IMG/VR virus record: IMGVR_UViG_3300032242_003291 | Coordinates: 186,001 to 250,000 of that record | DNA length: 64,000 nucleotides | Strand: one strand, 5' to 3' | Shown: positions 45,629 through 55,674 of the stretch, piece after piece | Numbering within the stretch: position 1 is the stretch's first letter | Layout: every line of letters starts with the position of its first letter | Translations under genes and position numbers: made by a program | Notes under the pieces: model-generated | Told to the model about the DNA's origin: nothing | The model's input: the letters and a program-made list of their open reading frames with translations, nothing else | Databases searched by the model: none

Positions 45629-46868
45629 AAATGTAATTCATAACTTGTTCTTCTTTGAAGAACTTTTTAACGGGTTGATGATTCTGAAATTTATGAGAAT
45701 GTTCTCTTTCTTCATCCCAACACCAATCTTCAAATCCTAATTCTTGGATTCTTTTATGTATTGCCTTGTCATAATAATCTCTTATCAATCTGGCTCTTCT
45801 GTTTATATCTTGTGCATTATTATCAACTGTACTATTTCTATTGTTATATTGTAAGTATAACATTCGTTTTACGTGAATAAACCTTGTATGTAAAAAACTC
45901 TTAACAATCATTTCAAAATCATCAGCAACGGGGGTATTTTTGTTATGTCCACCGATTTTGTGGTAAAGATTTCTTTCCCACATTCTAACGTGGTCTGGCA
46001 TTGAAATATTGAATCTTATTGTTAAAGGATTTATATCAGGGTACCAATGAGCTAAATAATCTTTACCGTCAGCGTTAACCCATGTATGACCAGCATATCC
46101 AAAATCAAAATAGTTATCATGTCTTCCGTACCAATTACCTGACCAATCGTGGTCATATGTTTTCATTTCTCCATCATCATATAATTCACAAACATCGCTA
46201 TATAAAAATCCTGCATCAGGATGTTTTAAAATTGCGTCATTACATATCTCAAGACACTTATTTACAAATTTATCATCGTGGTCTAACTCAACCAACCAAT
46301 CGCCATCACATAACATTGCCGCCCTATGTTTAGCAAGTCCGACATTACCACCTGATACTGGTAATATTTTATGTATTTTTACCCTATAATCATTTTTAGA
46401 TATATCTTGGATAATATTCCATGTCTCATCATCAGGTGAATCATCAACAATAACCCATTCCCAATTTGTCCACGTTTGATTAACCAAACCTTGATAGGTT
46501 CTTTTAATTCTTTCTCCTGTTTGATATGTTGGAGTAAAAATTGAGAATCTCGGTCTGTTGACTTTAGTATGTCTAAAAACTGTTTGACACACTATAACAT
46601 TTGCCAACACATTATCGCCCAACATCTCATCATAATGAATGTGCATTTGTCTCAATTGGTGATGAGGAATTTCGATTAGTTCATTAAAAGATATAATTAA
46701 ATCAGGTTGATAATTTGTATAATCACCGACAACATCATTGTTATAAGGTAAAGAATAGACAACAACGTCGTCAAACAAAGATTCTTCAAAATAAACATCA
46801 GAAACTAAAGTTATTTCTCCTTTGATTTCTAGTCCATAAACAATTGCGCTTGGTTTTTTTGTCTTCAT
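45621..46868 (-). CDS. glycosyltransferase family 2 (C-terminal domain)
   Basis: FSIFTPTY, WVIVDDS, ELDHDD, VADD. Confidence 0.9.
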   Translation of the reverse strand: MKTKKPSAIVYGLEIKGEITLVSDVYFEESLFDDVVVYSLPYNNDVVGDYTNYQPDLIISFNELIEIPHHQLRQMHIHYDEMLGDNVLANVIVCQTVFRHTKVNRPRFSIFTPTYQTGERIKRTYQGLVNQTWTNWEWVIVDDSPDDETWNIIQDISKNDYRVKIHKILPVSGGNVGLAKHRAAMLCDGDWLVELDHDDKFVNKCLEICNDAILKHPDAGFLYSDVCELYDDGEMKTYDHDWSGNWYGRHDNYFDFGYAGHTWVNADGKDYLAHWYPDINPLTIRFNISMPDHVRMWERNLYHKIGGHNKNTPVADDFEMIVKSFLHTRFIHVKRMLYLQYNNRNSTVDNNAQDINRRARLIRDYYDKAIHKRIQELGFEDWCWDEEREHSHKFQNHQPVKKFFKEEQVMNYIYE

Positions 46869-47194
46869 GTTTCGTAAGGGTCATTCAAATCCCAACTTGT
46901 TAATACAAATTCTAATTGAAGAAAAGTAATTTGTCCATAGTCATCTTTAATTGCGGTCGCTTTTAACCCTCCGCTTGAAACAAAATATTCTTCTTCAGGT
47001 GAAGCATATAATAAACAATTTTTGATTACTGATTCGAGTCTTTCTCGGGCCGCTATTCTTACATCGTCAACAGTTGGAATTCCGTTTGGATACCATATCC
47101 ATTCGAGGCATGTCATAGCTTTTTGAATTTTTTCGTATTCAAAATTGTTCATTATATCAAACATCATCTTCTGATGTCTCTCCCTATGTTTCAT
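46865..47194 (-). CDS. hypothetical protein
   Basis: 109 aa. Confidence 0.7.
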   Translation of the reverse strand: MKHRERHQKMMFDIMNNFEYEKIQKAMTCLEWIWYPNGIPTVDDVRIAARERLESVIKNCLLYASPEEEYFVSSGGLKATAIKDDYGQITFLQLEFVLTSWDLNDPYET

Positions 47195-47398
47195 TAGTTT
47201 AACTTATATTTGATGCCATCACCAAACTTAATCCAACCTTTTTTCTTTTTCATTCCAAAATGGTCTAATACCATTTTATAATTTCTTGGGTCAAGTACGT
47301 TGTTTTTTGAAAGTTTTTTTAATGTTGATAAAAATTCAACGACTTCCATTTCAGATATTTCGTTGTTCTCAATTAATTCTTTTAGATTAGATTTCATA
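47194..47398 (-). CDS. hypothetical early protein
   Basis: -7 TACCTTTG at 47412-47419; start re-assigned. Confidence 0.7.
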
Positions 47399-47425
47399 CT
47401 ATTAGTTTTTACAAAGGTAATAAAT

Positions 47426-47455
47426 AAAAAACCCCTAATCAAATGTTAGGGGTTT
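47426..47455 (-). terminator. intrinsic terminator
   Basis: aaaaacccctaa-loop-ttaggggttt. Confidence 0.7.
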
Positions 47456-47472
47456 GTTTATTGATTGTTTTG

Positions 47473-47958
47473 TTAAAGATTTTTTGGTTTACCAGCTCCT
47501 CTGTATGCTTTCTTATAATTTGGTTCATTCAGACTACTAATTTTAACACCTTCATATTTATTTGAAGCATGGACAAACATTGTTTCACCTATGTAAGTTC
47601 CGCAATGCCATTTGGATGGAGATGCCTTACTTTTGAAAAAAACAATATCACCGACCTGTAAACTATCCTTCTTTACTCTTTCCGTTGTCTCCCATTGTAA
47701 AATACAGGTATTTTCAATGTTTATCTTATAAACATCCGAAGCCAGTCTTTTGTTAAATTGAGAGCAATCAATACCTTTCTCGGTACTTCCTCCCAATTTG
47801 TATGGTTTTCTTAACCAATAGGTAATAAAATTATTCAAATTAGAATCTACTGCGAATCTGGGTTTAGTTTCAAATATTTGTGTTGGAACAAACACCTGAG
47901 CGTTTAGTTTTGTTGTAAATAAAAGTACAATAACTGTACTAAAAATAAGTTTTTTCAT
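47473..47958 (-). CDS. exported NlpC/P60 peptidoglycan peptidase
   Basis: Signal peptide; PYKLGG...GIDCS, GDIVFF, HCGTYIG...FVHAS. Confidence 0.92.
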   Translation of the reverse strand: MKKLIFSTVIVLLFTTKLNAQVFVPTQIFETKPRFAVDSNLNNFITYWLRKPYKLGGSTEKGIDCSQFNKRLASDVYKINIENTCILQWETTERVKKDSLQVGDIVFFKSKASPSKWHCGTYIGETMFVHASNKYEGVKISSLNEPNYKKAYRGAGKPKNL

Positions 47959-47999
47959 TTTATAAATTAAATTAAGGGGACGTTTCTGTCCCCTTTTAA

Positions 48000-48740
48000 T
48001 TACATTGTTTTCAGGATTGATTCAGTCATACCTGTCCACTTCTTGATTTGTTTTCTTGGAATCCAAAACTCCATCTCTCCAATTTCCTCGACTCTTTTCA
48101 AGTAGTCTTCACGAAAACGAGCCGCTTCAGAAGCATCCTTGATGTAAGGTACTCTCATATGATTTGCACATATCTTACCCATACCTGTTAACATTGAAAA
48201 CTCATCTGTCAAATCCTTCATACAAGAAGTACAGATTTTACCACGTTTGATAGTCATCTTACCAGCAAATTTAACTGCCTTTGGACTAACCGCTAATAAC
48301 TTTGTGATATCCAATAAAGTTGGATTGAATTGTAATCCGTAAGTTTCTTTTAACTCTTGACCAATTTTGCGACCAATGATGATTGTTTCGCTAGGAGTTG
48401 GCCAATTCATTCGAATGGTTTTTTCTTGGTCTTCCTCTTTTTGAATCTGAGCTAAAGCCGCTGACTTTTGTTTGTCGGTCAAGGTTCCGTACTTTTGTAA
48501 CTTCTCAGCAATATCCTTAACAAATTTATTCTCACCTGTATAATCAACAATACGTTTCGTATCTTCAGTCATTTCTTCAGTTTTAACAGTCGCAACAGCG
48601 TTAAGACACTTCTCAACTGCTGCTAATTGGTTTGGTGTTAATCCGTTATACTTAGTAACAACGGTTTTCATTTTCAATACAAATGAGTTATTACCTTCGT
48701 AGTTTCTAACTCTGTCTAAAGTGGTAGTGGTAGTAGTCAT
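48000..48740 (-). CDS. early protein with DUF6011-like Zn ribbon
   Basis: CTSCMKDLTDEFSMLTGMGKICA; promoter at 48762-48793; start re-assigned. Confidence 0.65.
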   Translation of the reverse strand: MTTTTTTLDRVRNYEGNNSFVLKMKTVVTKYNGLTPNQLAAVEKCLNAVATVKTEEMTEDTKRIVDYTGENKFVKDIAEKLQKYGTLTDKQKSAALAQIQKEEDQEKTIRMNWPTPSETIIIGRKIGQELKETYGLQFNPTLLDITKLLAVSPKAVKFAGKMTIKRGKICTSCMKDLTDEFSMLTGMGKICANHMRVPYIKDASEAARFREDYLKRVEEIGEMEFWIPRKQIKKWTGMTESILKTM

Positions 48741-48761
48741 ATTTTTATCGTTTTGTGAATA

Positions 48762-48793
48762 CAAAGATAAGACCTTTATACGAATCCACCAAA
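48762..48793 (-). promoter_or_regulatory. Bacteroidota primary-sigma promoter
   Basis: TTTG-N20-TATCTTTG. Confidence 0.85.
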
Positions 48794-48800
48794 TGTTTTT

Positions 48801-49022
48801 TTAACTTAAATCTTTGATGATTTTAGATATCTTTTTTTCATAATATGATTTAATCATACTAAGAACATTCATTATTGCAAACAGAATGAATACCCCACCC
48901 ATTAGTCTGATTACTATGGTAGATGTGATTGGTCGAGCATAAATAAGGTAATCAAGTCCTCCGACAAGATATAGTAATGTGGTTGGAATTAACCACCAAT
49001 ATGACTTAGTAAAGTTTTTCAT
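48801..49022 (-). CDS. small two-TM membrane protein
   Basis: Two hydrophobic helices; coupled to the downstream end of the muramidase-like gene. Confidence 0.65.
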   Translation of the reverse strand: MKNFTKSYWWLIPTTLLYLVGGLDYLIYARPITSTIVIRLMGGVFILFAIMNVLSMIKSYYEKKISKIIKDLS

Positions 49023-49597
49023 TATAATTTTGTACTTGGAGTTTTACGTTTTATGATTTTTTTTTTATGTGTAGGGGTTTTTTTTGTTTTAGGTTTTATT
49101 GTTTCATCCCACTCCTTTGGTAAATCCAATCGTTTGATAATATCCTCTAATTGACGTGAATAACTCGAACCGACCTCACTGTAGGTACTATTGAGATACT
49201 TCATATATTCGTCCCTGGATGTCCTTATAATCGATTCCCTGACTGATTGTAAGAGGTAATAATCAACAACAGACATTTTCCAATTTGAATAATGAGCATA
49301 TGCACCAACTGTAGTGTCAGATGTTGAAATCCTACTATATGACCTTCTCATACCAAACAAGTTATTGTTGTTAATACAGTTTTGAGATTTGAACCATCCT
49401 GTTTCAAGGATTGCCTGAGCAACAACAATATTTTTATGTTTGAATGGGAGTGCCCATATTGTTAAAATTAAATTATCAACCGTTAAGGTATCTCCCATCG
49501 CAATTTGTGGTGCTTTAGGTCCGTTTTTCTTTTTTGTTACTTCAGTGAATGAACATGCCATTATACCAAAAGTTAATATCAATAAAAATTTCTTCAT
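49022..49597 (-). CDS. exported glucosaminidase-family (FlgJ-like) hydrolase, possible lipoprotein
   Basis: GIMAC lipobox-like; IVVAQAILETGWF...NNLFGM. Confidence 0.8.
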   Translation of the reverse strand: MKKFLLILTFGIMACSFTEVTKKKNGPKAPQIAMGDTLTVDNLILTIWALPFKHKNIVVAQAILETGWFKSQNCINNNNLFGMRRSYSRISTSDTTVGAYAHYSNWKMSVVDYYLLQSVRESIIRTSRDEYMKYLNSTYSEVGSSYSRQLEDIIKRLDLPKEWDETIKPKTKKTPTHKKKIIKRKTPSTKL

Positions 49598-49644
49598 TAT
49601 TCAATGATACAAAAAAAAATCCCCTATTTCAAGGGGATTATATT

Positions 49645-50115
49645 TTAATTTTGAACGAATGCTTTGTCCGCCCATGTTTTTGTATTAACCAACTCCCACA
49701 ATTTCATATCACACATATCAGGAAAAGATTGTCTCATAGTTCCAACTGTAATCACTTCAAGAAATCCACGGTCAATTGAGTACCACTTACCTCCTTTAGT
49801 TGTAAACACATTGTGCCAAATTACACGTCCATCTTCCCATGTATGTTTCACTTGAATATTAACAAGAGAATTTTTAGACCATCCTCTCATCATGTCAGAT
49901 GCCGTACCTTTACTATCGTGGATGTTAATGAAACCCGCTTGACATTTGTTTGCGATACGGAATTCATACTCTTGATTCACATCTTTGATGTGGTTGGAAA
50001 CCAAAACTTTGATTAACTTGTTCTTTACTGTGGTGTTGAAAGAGCCGTAGAAAACGTCTCCTGCTAATGTACCTGTTGTTAACTTTACTGCTGGAATTGT
50101 AGGTGTGTTTGTCAT
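49645..50115 (-). CDS. hypothetical early protein
   Basis: Promoter at 50137-50168; start re-assigned. Confidence 0.75.
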   Translation of the reverse strand: MTNTPTIPAVKLTTGTLAGDVFYGSFNTTVKNKLIKVLVSNHIKDVNQEYEFRIANKCQAGFINIHDSKGTASDMMRGWSKNSLVNIQVKHTWEDGRVIWHNVFTTKGGKWYSIDRGFLEVITVGTMRQSFPDMCDMKLWELVNTKTWADKAFVQN

Positions 50116-50136
50116 ATATCTTGTGTTTTGTGAATA

Positions 50137-50168
50137 CAAAGATAAGGAGACTATTTCAAACCGCCAAA
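50137..50168 (-). promoter_or_regulatory. Bacteroidota primary-sigma promoter
   Basis: TTTG-N20-TATCTTTG; downstream leader TATTCACAAAAC shared with 48762. Confidence 0.85.
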
Positions 50169-50175
50169 ACTTTTT

Positions 50176-50592
50176 TTATTTATTATAACAATCCATACAT
50201 AATTGGCCTGAACCGTCCACATAACCTATTCTCATATCCACGTGTGTGGAACGTAAATAAGCCGTTTCTTTTCCACATAGTACACATTTATCTAATGTGT
50301 TAGGGTCTTCTGCCTCCTGTTTCAAAACACATCCCAAATGGTCGTACCCCACCAAATAGTCGTATTCCACGTTTGATGTATCTTCGCCACAGATAGAACA
50401 GGTATATGGACGGACTATAGACTTAACAAGACCATCTTCTCCGATAATGATACCGAAGTGTTCATCATCATATTGAGGTCCTTCTTGGTCCCTTCTGGCT
50501 TGCCAGTATTTATTTCTTGTTAATTCACCTAACATTGCATCGTTTGGTGTATCAAGGATTTCTTTTTCTGTTAAAGTAACTTTAATTGACAT
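50176..50592 (-). CDS. Cys-rich Zn-binding hypothetical protein
   Basis: CSIC...HLGC and CVLC...LCMDC. Confidence 0.7.
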   Translation of the reverse strand: MSIKVTLTEKEILDTPNDAMLGELTRNKYWQARRDQEGPQYDDEHFGIIIGEDGLVKSIVRPYTCSICGEDTSNVEYDYLVGYDHLGCVLKQEAEDPNTLDKCVLCGKETAYLRSTHVDMRIGYVDGSGQLCMDCYNK

Positions 50593-50651
50593 ATGTTATT
50601 TTTGAAAAAAACTAATTGAAATTTTTTTATAAGTCAAATCTATTTATTACT

Positions 50652-51041
50652 ATGATTAACAAAGAATCTTTGGTCGAGAAGTTAAAATATTTGATTACTG
50701 TAAATGGGAAATCTAAAATGTTTGACATAATGAACGTTTATATTGAACTAAACTTTGTTGACCAAGAACAAACTAAGTTAACAGGTTATGATTTGGATGT
50801 CAAATTTGATTATCAAGGAGCATTTGATTTTGAAATGTCCACTTTTTTATATGATATTCAAAAGATGGAACAAAAACTAAGAGAATTTGTTGGTGAATAT
50901 GTTTTAACTCCTGATGGTAAAATTGTAAGTCGTGCAAACACAGACGTTTCAATGTCAGACGCAAAGGTTTTTAGCATAGAGTTTGCCGTGGACGAAAAAC
51001 ACATCTTTGATTTAGGATATAGCTTTTATTTTGGAGAATAG
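50652..51041 (+). CDS. hypothetical protein
   Basis: TATTTAT at 50641-50647; start re-assigned. Confidence 0.75.
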   Translation: MINKESLVEKLKYLITVNGKSKMFDIMNVYIELNFVDQEQTKLTGYDLDVKFDYQGAFDFEMSTFLYDIQKMEQKLREFVGEYVLTPDGKIVSRANTDVSMSDAKVFSIEFAVDEKHIFDLGYSFYFGE

Positions 51042-51042
51042 T

Positions 51043-51885
51043 ATGAGTGATAAATTAAAAAGATTAGCCAAGAACCTTTCGGAACTATCATTAGCCGAGG
51101 TTGACAACCTACAAGAGGTTTACATCAGACTATGCGGTGTGATGTCCAATCAAAAAGAATACTTCGAACATCTCGGAACTTCCAACGTAATCAAATTACT
51201 TTTTTATATTTGGTCTTACAAACAAACAGGTCAGTTTGAAATGGGTGATAAGATGATAAATCAAATTGCCTTTGCAATCCTTATCACAACAGAAGGTGAC
51301 AATTATGTTGAATCCTGTGATGGTTGTGCAGGCGATGGTTACGTCAGATGTGATGTTTGTGATGGAACTGGTGGAGTAGAATGTTCAGAATGTGATGGAA
51401 CAGGTGAAGAAAATTGTTATCAATGTGATGGTGAAGGTGAAGTTGGTGGTGAAACTTGTGATGAATGTGAGGGTACAGGTAGTATGACATGTACAAATTG
51501 TGATGGTGATGAAAATTTACAATGTTCTGAATGTGATGGTGGAGATAAAACATGTGATACCTGTGACGGGAATGGTGATGTTCAAACAGATGAGTACGAA
51601 TATAAAAAATATTATATAGTGACTTGGAGCAAACTAATCAAAGACAGATGTGAGATAACCGAGGGTGATACTGACATCACAATGAGTGAATATGATTTTG
51701 ATAGACTAAGAGAAAAATATGTAGTATTACATCTTGAAAACTTACATGATGAATTTCAAGAGTATGTTCAATCTAATGAAATGTATTGTACAACCTATAC
51801 AGATACCCCAAGATTATACTTCACACAACATATGGAACAATACTTCAAAGAAGACCGTGACGTAATAAAAAACTATATCGTCTAA
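51043..51885 (+). CDS. protein with eight DnaJ-type CxxCxGxG repeats, no J-domain
   Basis: CDGCAGDG, CDVCDGTG, CSECDGTG, CYQCDGEG, CDECEGTG, CTNCDGDE, CSECDGGD, CDTCDGNG. Confidence 0.8.
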   Translation: MSDKLKRLAKNLSELSLAEVDNLQEVYIRLCGVMSNQKEYFEHLGTSNVIKLLFYIWSYKQTGQFEMGDKMINQIAFAILITTEGDNYVESCDGCAGDGYVRCDVCDGTGGVECSECDGTGEENCYQCDGEGEVGGETCDECEGTGSMTCTNCDGDENLQCSECDGGDKTCDTCDGNGDVQTDEYEYKKYYIVTWSKLIKDRCEITEGDTDITMSEYDFDRLREKYVVLHLENLHDEFQEYVQSNEMYCTTYTDTPRLYFTQHMEQYFKEDRDVIKNYIV

Positions 51886-51887
51886 CC

Positions 51888-52385
51888 ATGAGTGACTTAA
51901 ATATATTCTTAAAAGCATTAAAAAAAGTTGGTTATCCAAATCCTGATGTAGTTTCTATTGCCCGAATGATGGATTACGACTTGGAACAATTCTTACCTGA
52001 TTTAGTCGATGAAGTTGGCGAAGAAAAAGCTGACGAGTTCACTGAAAAAGCACTGAATAAAATAACACCAAAAGAAGGTATTAGAGTTAATCTTTATGAC
52101 GACCCAAACCAATATGCCTACATCCATATACATAATCCACGTCTTGATTTAGAAAATGACGAGACAACAGTACTATGTGATTGGAGTTGGGGAGAAACAC
52201 AAATTTTACATCAAGACGAAGATGGTAATGAAACTTATAAATCAATCGATGAAATAAGCGAAGACCTTGGTATGGGAGATTGGGCAGAATATGATGAGTT
52301 AGTTGACGGAATCAAAGCAGATTGTAGTGATATTGTTTTCAACAATTGTGGTTTCGGTGTATGGTGGGATGACTATAAATATTAA
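51888..52385 (+). CDS. acidic hypothetical protein
   Basis: 165 aa, followed by a hairpin at 52384-52411. Confidence 0.75.
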   Translation: MSDLNIFLKALKKVGYPNPDVVSIARMMDYDLEQFLPDLVDEVGEEKADEFTEKALNKITPKEGIRVNLYDDPNQYAYIHIHNPRLDLENDETTVLCDWSWGETQILHQDEDGNETYKSIDEISEDLGMGDWAEYDELVDGIKADCSDIVFNNCGFGVWWDDYKY

Positions 52386-52449
52386 AAAAAGAGAGACCGA
52401 AGTCTCTCCTTTGAGGCCGTACAGTTTTGTACAGATTCCACCACCAAGT

Positions 52450-52743
52450 TTAACGAACTTGGAAACCTTTTCCAAATATTTTATTAAGGAGTTCTGTTAA
52501 ATCTTCTCCTTTCATATAACCAACAACGTCATCGCTTCCTTCGGGATAAAAAAACTTTGTGATAAATTCATCACTTTTTCTGTCAAATATTGCCAGTTCA
52601 AAATCTTTTTCGAAGTCACCATACAATCCACTTCTTCCACCAACGATTGAAGCCTCAACTTCTTCGTTAAAGATACGAGTCATTTTACCACCTTCTAATT
52701 GGTGTGGCTTAGACCATTCAATTATGTTTTCTACTGTTATCAT
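52450..52743 (-). CDS. hypothetical protein
   Basis: 97 aa. Confidence 0.7.
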   Translation of the reverse strand: MITVENIIEWSKPHQLEGGKMTRIFNEEVEASIVGGRSGLYGDFEKDFELAIFDRKSDEFITKFFYPEGSDDVVGYMKGEDLTELLNKIFGKGFQVR

Positions 52744-53009
52744 TTTTTACCTAGTATTTGATTCAGTTTAACCTGAAGTAATTCAATATTATATCTATCC
52801 TTTTGAGTTTTATTGGGTTTATTTTTAATTTCACGAATCAAATCAAGAATATAATCTTCTTCACTGTTTGAATCAAATTCAACAATTGGTTCTGCTTTTG
52901 GTTGTGGATTAACGTTTGTTTGTTTTCCACTACTTTGTCCAGCTTTATATGCACCATACACAACTGCTGCAAATAAACCCAACTTTACTATATTTTTTAA
53001 TGTACTCAT
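52740..53009 (-). CDS. small membrane-anchored protein
   Basis: N-terminal hydrophobic helix. Confidence 0.7.
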   Translation of the reverse strand: MSTLKNIVKLGLFAAVVYGAYKAGQSSGKQTNVNPQPKAEPIVEFDSNSEEDYILDLIREIKNKPNKTQKDRYNIELLQVKLNQILGKK

Positions 53010-53287
53010 TTTGTTTCTAATGCCTCCATTTTTGATTTGTTAATTAAATGTTCCGCTAAAGTATATGTATCCACATTAGTTGTAATTATTGAATTTACTA
53101 ATTGTTTGTGTGGAATGTGAACTAAAAAATCCACACCATTGAAGAATGTTAAATCATTTTTCATTTCAATACATCCTTGTACCATTTTCAAAAACAATTT
53201 GAATTGTGTTGGGTTAACAAAAGTTTCATTCAAAAGAACACCAAATGTCTCGTGTTGAATTTTGATAATGTGTTGTGGTAGATTCAT
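53006..53287 (-). CDS. hypothetical early protein
   Basis: -7 TATATTTG at 53306-53313, TTTG 19 nt upstream. Confidence 0.75.
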   Translation of the reverse strand: MNLPQHIIKIQHETFGVLLNETFVNPTQFKLFLKMVQGCIEMKNDLTFFNGVDFLVHIPHKQLVNSIITTNVDTYTLAEHLINKSKMEALETK

Positions 53288-53337
53288 ATGTCTTTATTTA
53301 GATTACAAATATAGTAAATTTATTTGAAACAACAAAA

Positions 53338-54003
53338 ATGAACAATTTTTTTTTATTTTCTGAAAAACATGAGTCTTTTGTATGGCTTCCATCGAGAACA
53401 GGAAGTAATCATTCATTTAGTATTCTAAAGTCTTTCGAGTTTGAAAATTATACATATTCAAAAAAAACTAATATGTTGGAACGTTCAAATACTTTTGGTT
53501 ATGGGCATTCACTTAATCGATTTCCAAACGATGAAAATTATTGTTTGATAAGTACCGCAAGGCATCCATATACAAGATTGGTTTCTTTTTTCAAGATTTC
53601 AAGATGTTTCAAATATAAAAATAGTTATTCAATAAATTATACGATGGATGAACCTCTGAACGAAAGAAAATTAAAATTCAAAAATTTTTTAGATGGTATA
53701 TTAAATAATCCATCTATAATTCATCCTGCACTTAGAAGTTATACTTTAGATAGAATTCCTAACTTTTTTTTAAGGGTTGAAAATTTGTATGAAGACTATA
53801 TTAAAATTCCCTTCATATCATCAAGTGAATTTAATTTGAGTGGTGAATTAGAAAAAAAATGTTTAATAAAAGAAAACCCAAACAAAATCGATTTGACTCC
53901 TTGGCGAGAATATTTTGACCAATCAGTCGCAGATTTGATTTACAGTAAAACTGAACAATATTGTAACTTATTAGGTTATGAAAGGGATATTTGGAAGAAT
54001 TAA
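53338..54003 (+). CDS. sulfotransferase (Sulfotransfer_2-like)
   Basis: PSRTGS, TARHPYTR, FLRVENLYED. Confidence 0.75.
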   Translation: MNNFFLFSEKHESFVWLPSRTGSNHSFSILKSFEFENYTYSKKTNMLERSNTFGYGHSLNRFPNDENYCLISTARHPYTRLVSFFKISRCFKYKNSYSINYTMDEPLNERKLKFKNFLDGILNNPSIIHPALRSYTLDRIPNFFLRVENLYEDYIKIPFISSSEFNLSGELEKKCLIKENPNKIDLTPWREYFDQSVADLIYSKTEQYCNLLGYERDIWKN

Positions 54004-54524
54004 TTCTTGATAGGATTTTGAATATCCGACATAAGTCTATAAGTTCTTATGATACCTAAATCAGTTAAAGTAACTCTTTCAACTTCTATTCCCCAATCTT
54101 TTGCCAATACTTTAACCTCTTCTGTAATGACATCATTAACATCAACCAAGTCATTCCAGTCTGTTCTTTCAACAATATCTCTAATAACTCCTTGAGTGGT
54201 GTCAACAAGGACATCCGCAGCGTGATTAACACTCATTAGAAATTTTTTCACATCATACACATGATATCTTATTATTGATTTTAATACAATATTTTTTTCA
54301 TCCTGTGTAGTTAAAGTTTGAGGTTGGAGATGTACTGTTTGTGTGATAACATATGATGTCCAAATATGGTCTAAAAACGGGATTTTGAATCTAATTCCAG
54401 GTTTTATAATTCTTAAAAACTTTCCGCCTCTCATGTGAATTCCTCCCATCCATTCACTAACAATAACCACAGGTATTAGTTCATCTTTTAAGTTTAACAG
54501 GAAATCTATCAGTTTATCGAACAT
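54000..54524 (-). CDS. SPFH/band-7 domain protein
   Basis: PGIRFKIPF, QTLTTQD, WGIEVERVTLTD; promoter at 54543-54574. Confidence 0.85.
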   Translation of the reverse strand: MFDKLIDFLLNLKDELIPVVIVSEWMGGIHMRGGKFLRIIKPGIRFKIPFLDHIWTSYVITQTVHLQPQTLTTQDEKNIVLKSIIRYHVYDVKKFLMSVNHAADVLVDTTQGVIRDIVERTDWNDLVDVNDVITEEVKVLAKDWGIEVERVTLTDLGIIRTYRLMSDIQNPIKN

Positions 54525-54542
54525 ATATTTTAATTTGAAATA

Positions 54543-54574
54543 CAAAGATAAACATTTTTTCTTAAATCAACAAA
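54543..54574 (-). promoter_or_regulatory. Bacteroidota primary-sigma promoter
   Basis: TTTG-N20-TATCTTTG. Confidence 0.8.
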
Positions 54575-54596
54575 AAACCCTCCAATTGGAGGGTTT
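54572..54596 (-). terminator. intrinsic terminator
   Basis: aaaaaaccctcc-aatt-ggagggttt. Confidence 0.75.
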
Positions 54597-54604
54597 CTAT
54601 TATT

Positions 54605-55642
54605 TTAATACCATGTTTGTCTTTTCTCATCAAACGTCCAACCATCTCTTTGTTCTCCAGGTTCTCCTGTACCTGTTGGTGGTTGTGGTGATTTTTGTGT
54701 TGTTTGCTCAGGTGCTTGTTGTGCTGATTGTTGCGCTTGTTGTGGCGCTGGTTGTGTTGTATCATTATCCCCTTCAACACCTTGTTTTGTTGTATTTCCA
54801 CTATCTTCAACAGCTGTGTAGTCACTGTATGGATTATTATTCTGAGTTTGGCCACCTTTCAAATATTCATCTTTATATGACGCCCATGCCTTTGTTGTTC
54901 TTGGACCCATTCTACCATAACCCGCACCTGTTTTGTTCAAAATATTATTAGCATACCCTGTAGCCCAACCTGCCTTGTTTTCATCTAACCAATCTTGGAA
55001 AGCCTTTACTCCTTTAATATCTTTTAATTCAGGTGGCGTCGGAGTTACACTTGAAGTAGAGCCACCCCCGCCACTTTTTTTATTAGTATCACTTTTCCAT
55101 TTTTTTGTCGCAGAAGTAAAACTATCACCATCAGCAGTGTTTATTATTAGATTAGTTCCATCTACTTTCCAAGTTCCAGTCCATGTGTCAGATACTGCTT
55201 TTCTAGCTAAAAGATTATCCCATCCATCAGAAATATAAAATTTTCCATCAGGCATAAATCCATAATAATACTTTTCATTCTCACCAGTTCTTTGTGCAGC
55301 AAGTAATCCAGTGTCTTTATTTCTCACAGTTGGATAATGAATAACCTTAAAATAAGATGTATCTTTTAGGAAAGCCATCAAAATAGGAAATTTGTCAAAC
55401 CATCCTGTAGTTGAGGCAACATTATATTTAGCGTCAAGTTCTGCTTGCTTTTTGTTAGCTGCGGCAATGTCGTCAGCAGTTCTGTGTTCAGTACCAGGGT
55501 CTATTTTGTTTAGTTCCGCTCTTTCATAACTACCAATCACATCTTCATTAAATTCTTGTTCAGAAATTACTCTACCTCTTTGATATCCAAATAAGGATTT
55601 CATTCTTGTGATATCTTCATTAATCAATTTTTTTGAATCCAT
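54605..55642 (-). CDS. leader-bearing protein with PG-binding-like segment and Gln/Pro/Thr tail
   Basis: MDSKKLINEDITRMKSL...VISEQ; VKAFQDWLD...GPRTTKAW; TATTTATAAATA at 55651-55662. Confidence 0.7.
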   Translation of the reverse strand: MDSKKLINEDITRMKSLFGYQRGRVISEQEFNEDVIGSYERAELNKIDPGTEHRTADDIAAANKKQAELDAKYNVASTTGWFDKFPILMAFLKDTSYFKVIHYPTVRNKDTGLLAAQRTGENEKYYYGFMPDGKFYISDGWDNLLARKAVSDTWTGTWKVDGTNLIINTADGDSFTSATKKWKSDTNKKSGGGGSTSSVTPTPPELKDIKGVKAFQDWLDENKAGWATGYANNILNKTGAGYGRMGPRTTKAWASYKDEYLKGGQTQNNNPYSDYTAVEDSGNTTKQGVEGDNDTTQPAPQQAQQSAQQAPEQTTQKSPQPPTGTGEPGEQRDGWTFDEKRQTWY

Positions 55643-55674
55643 GTCTATTTTATTTATAAATATTCAATAAAACA

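Noticed and set aside
48741-50139. Identical MYSQN N-termini on two ORFs
   Set aside because: Artefact of a shared promoter/leader sequence; true starts are at 48740 and 50115.
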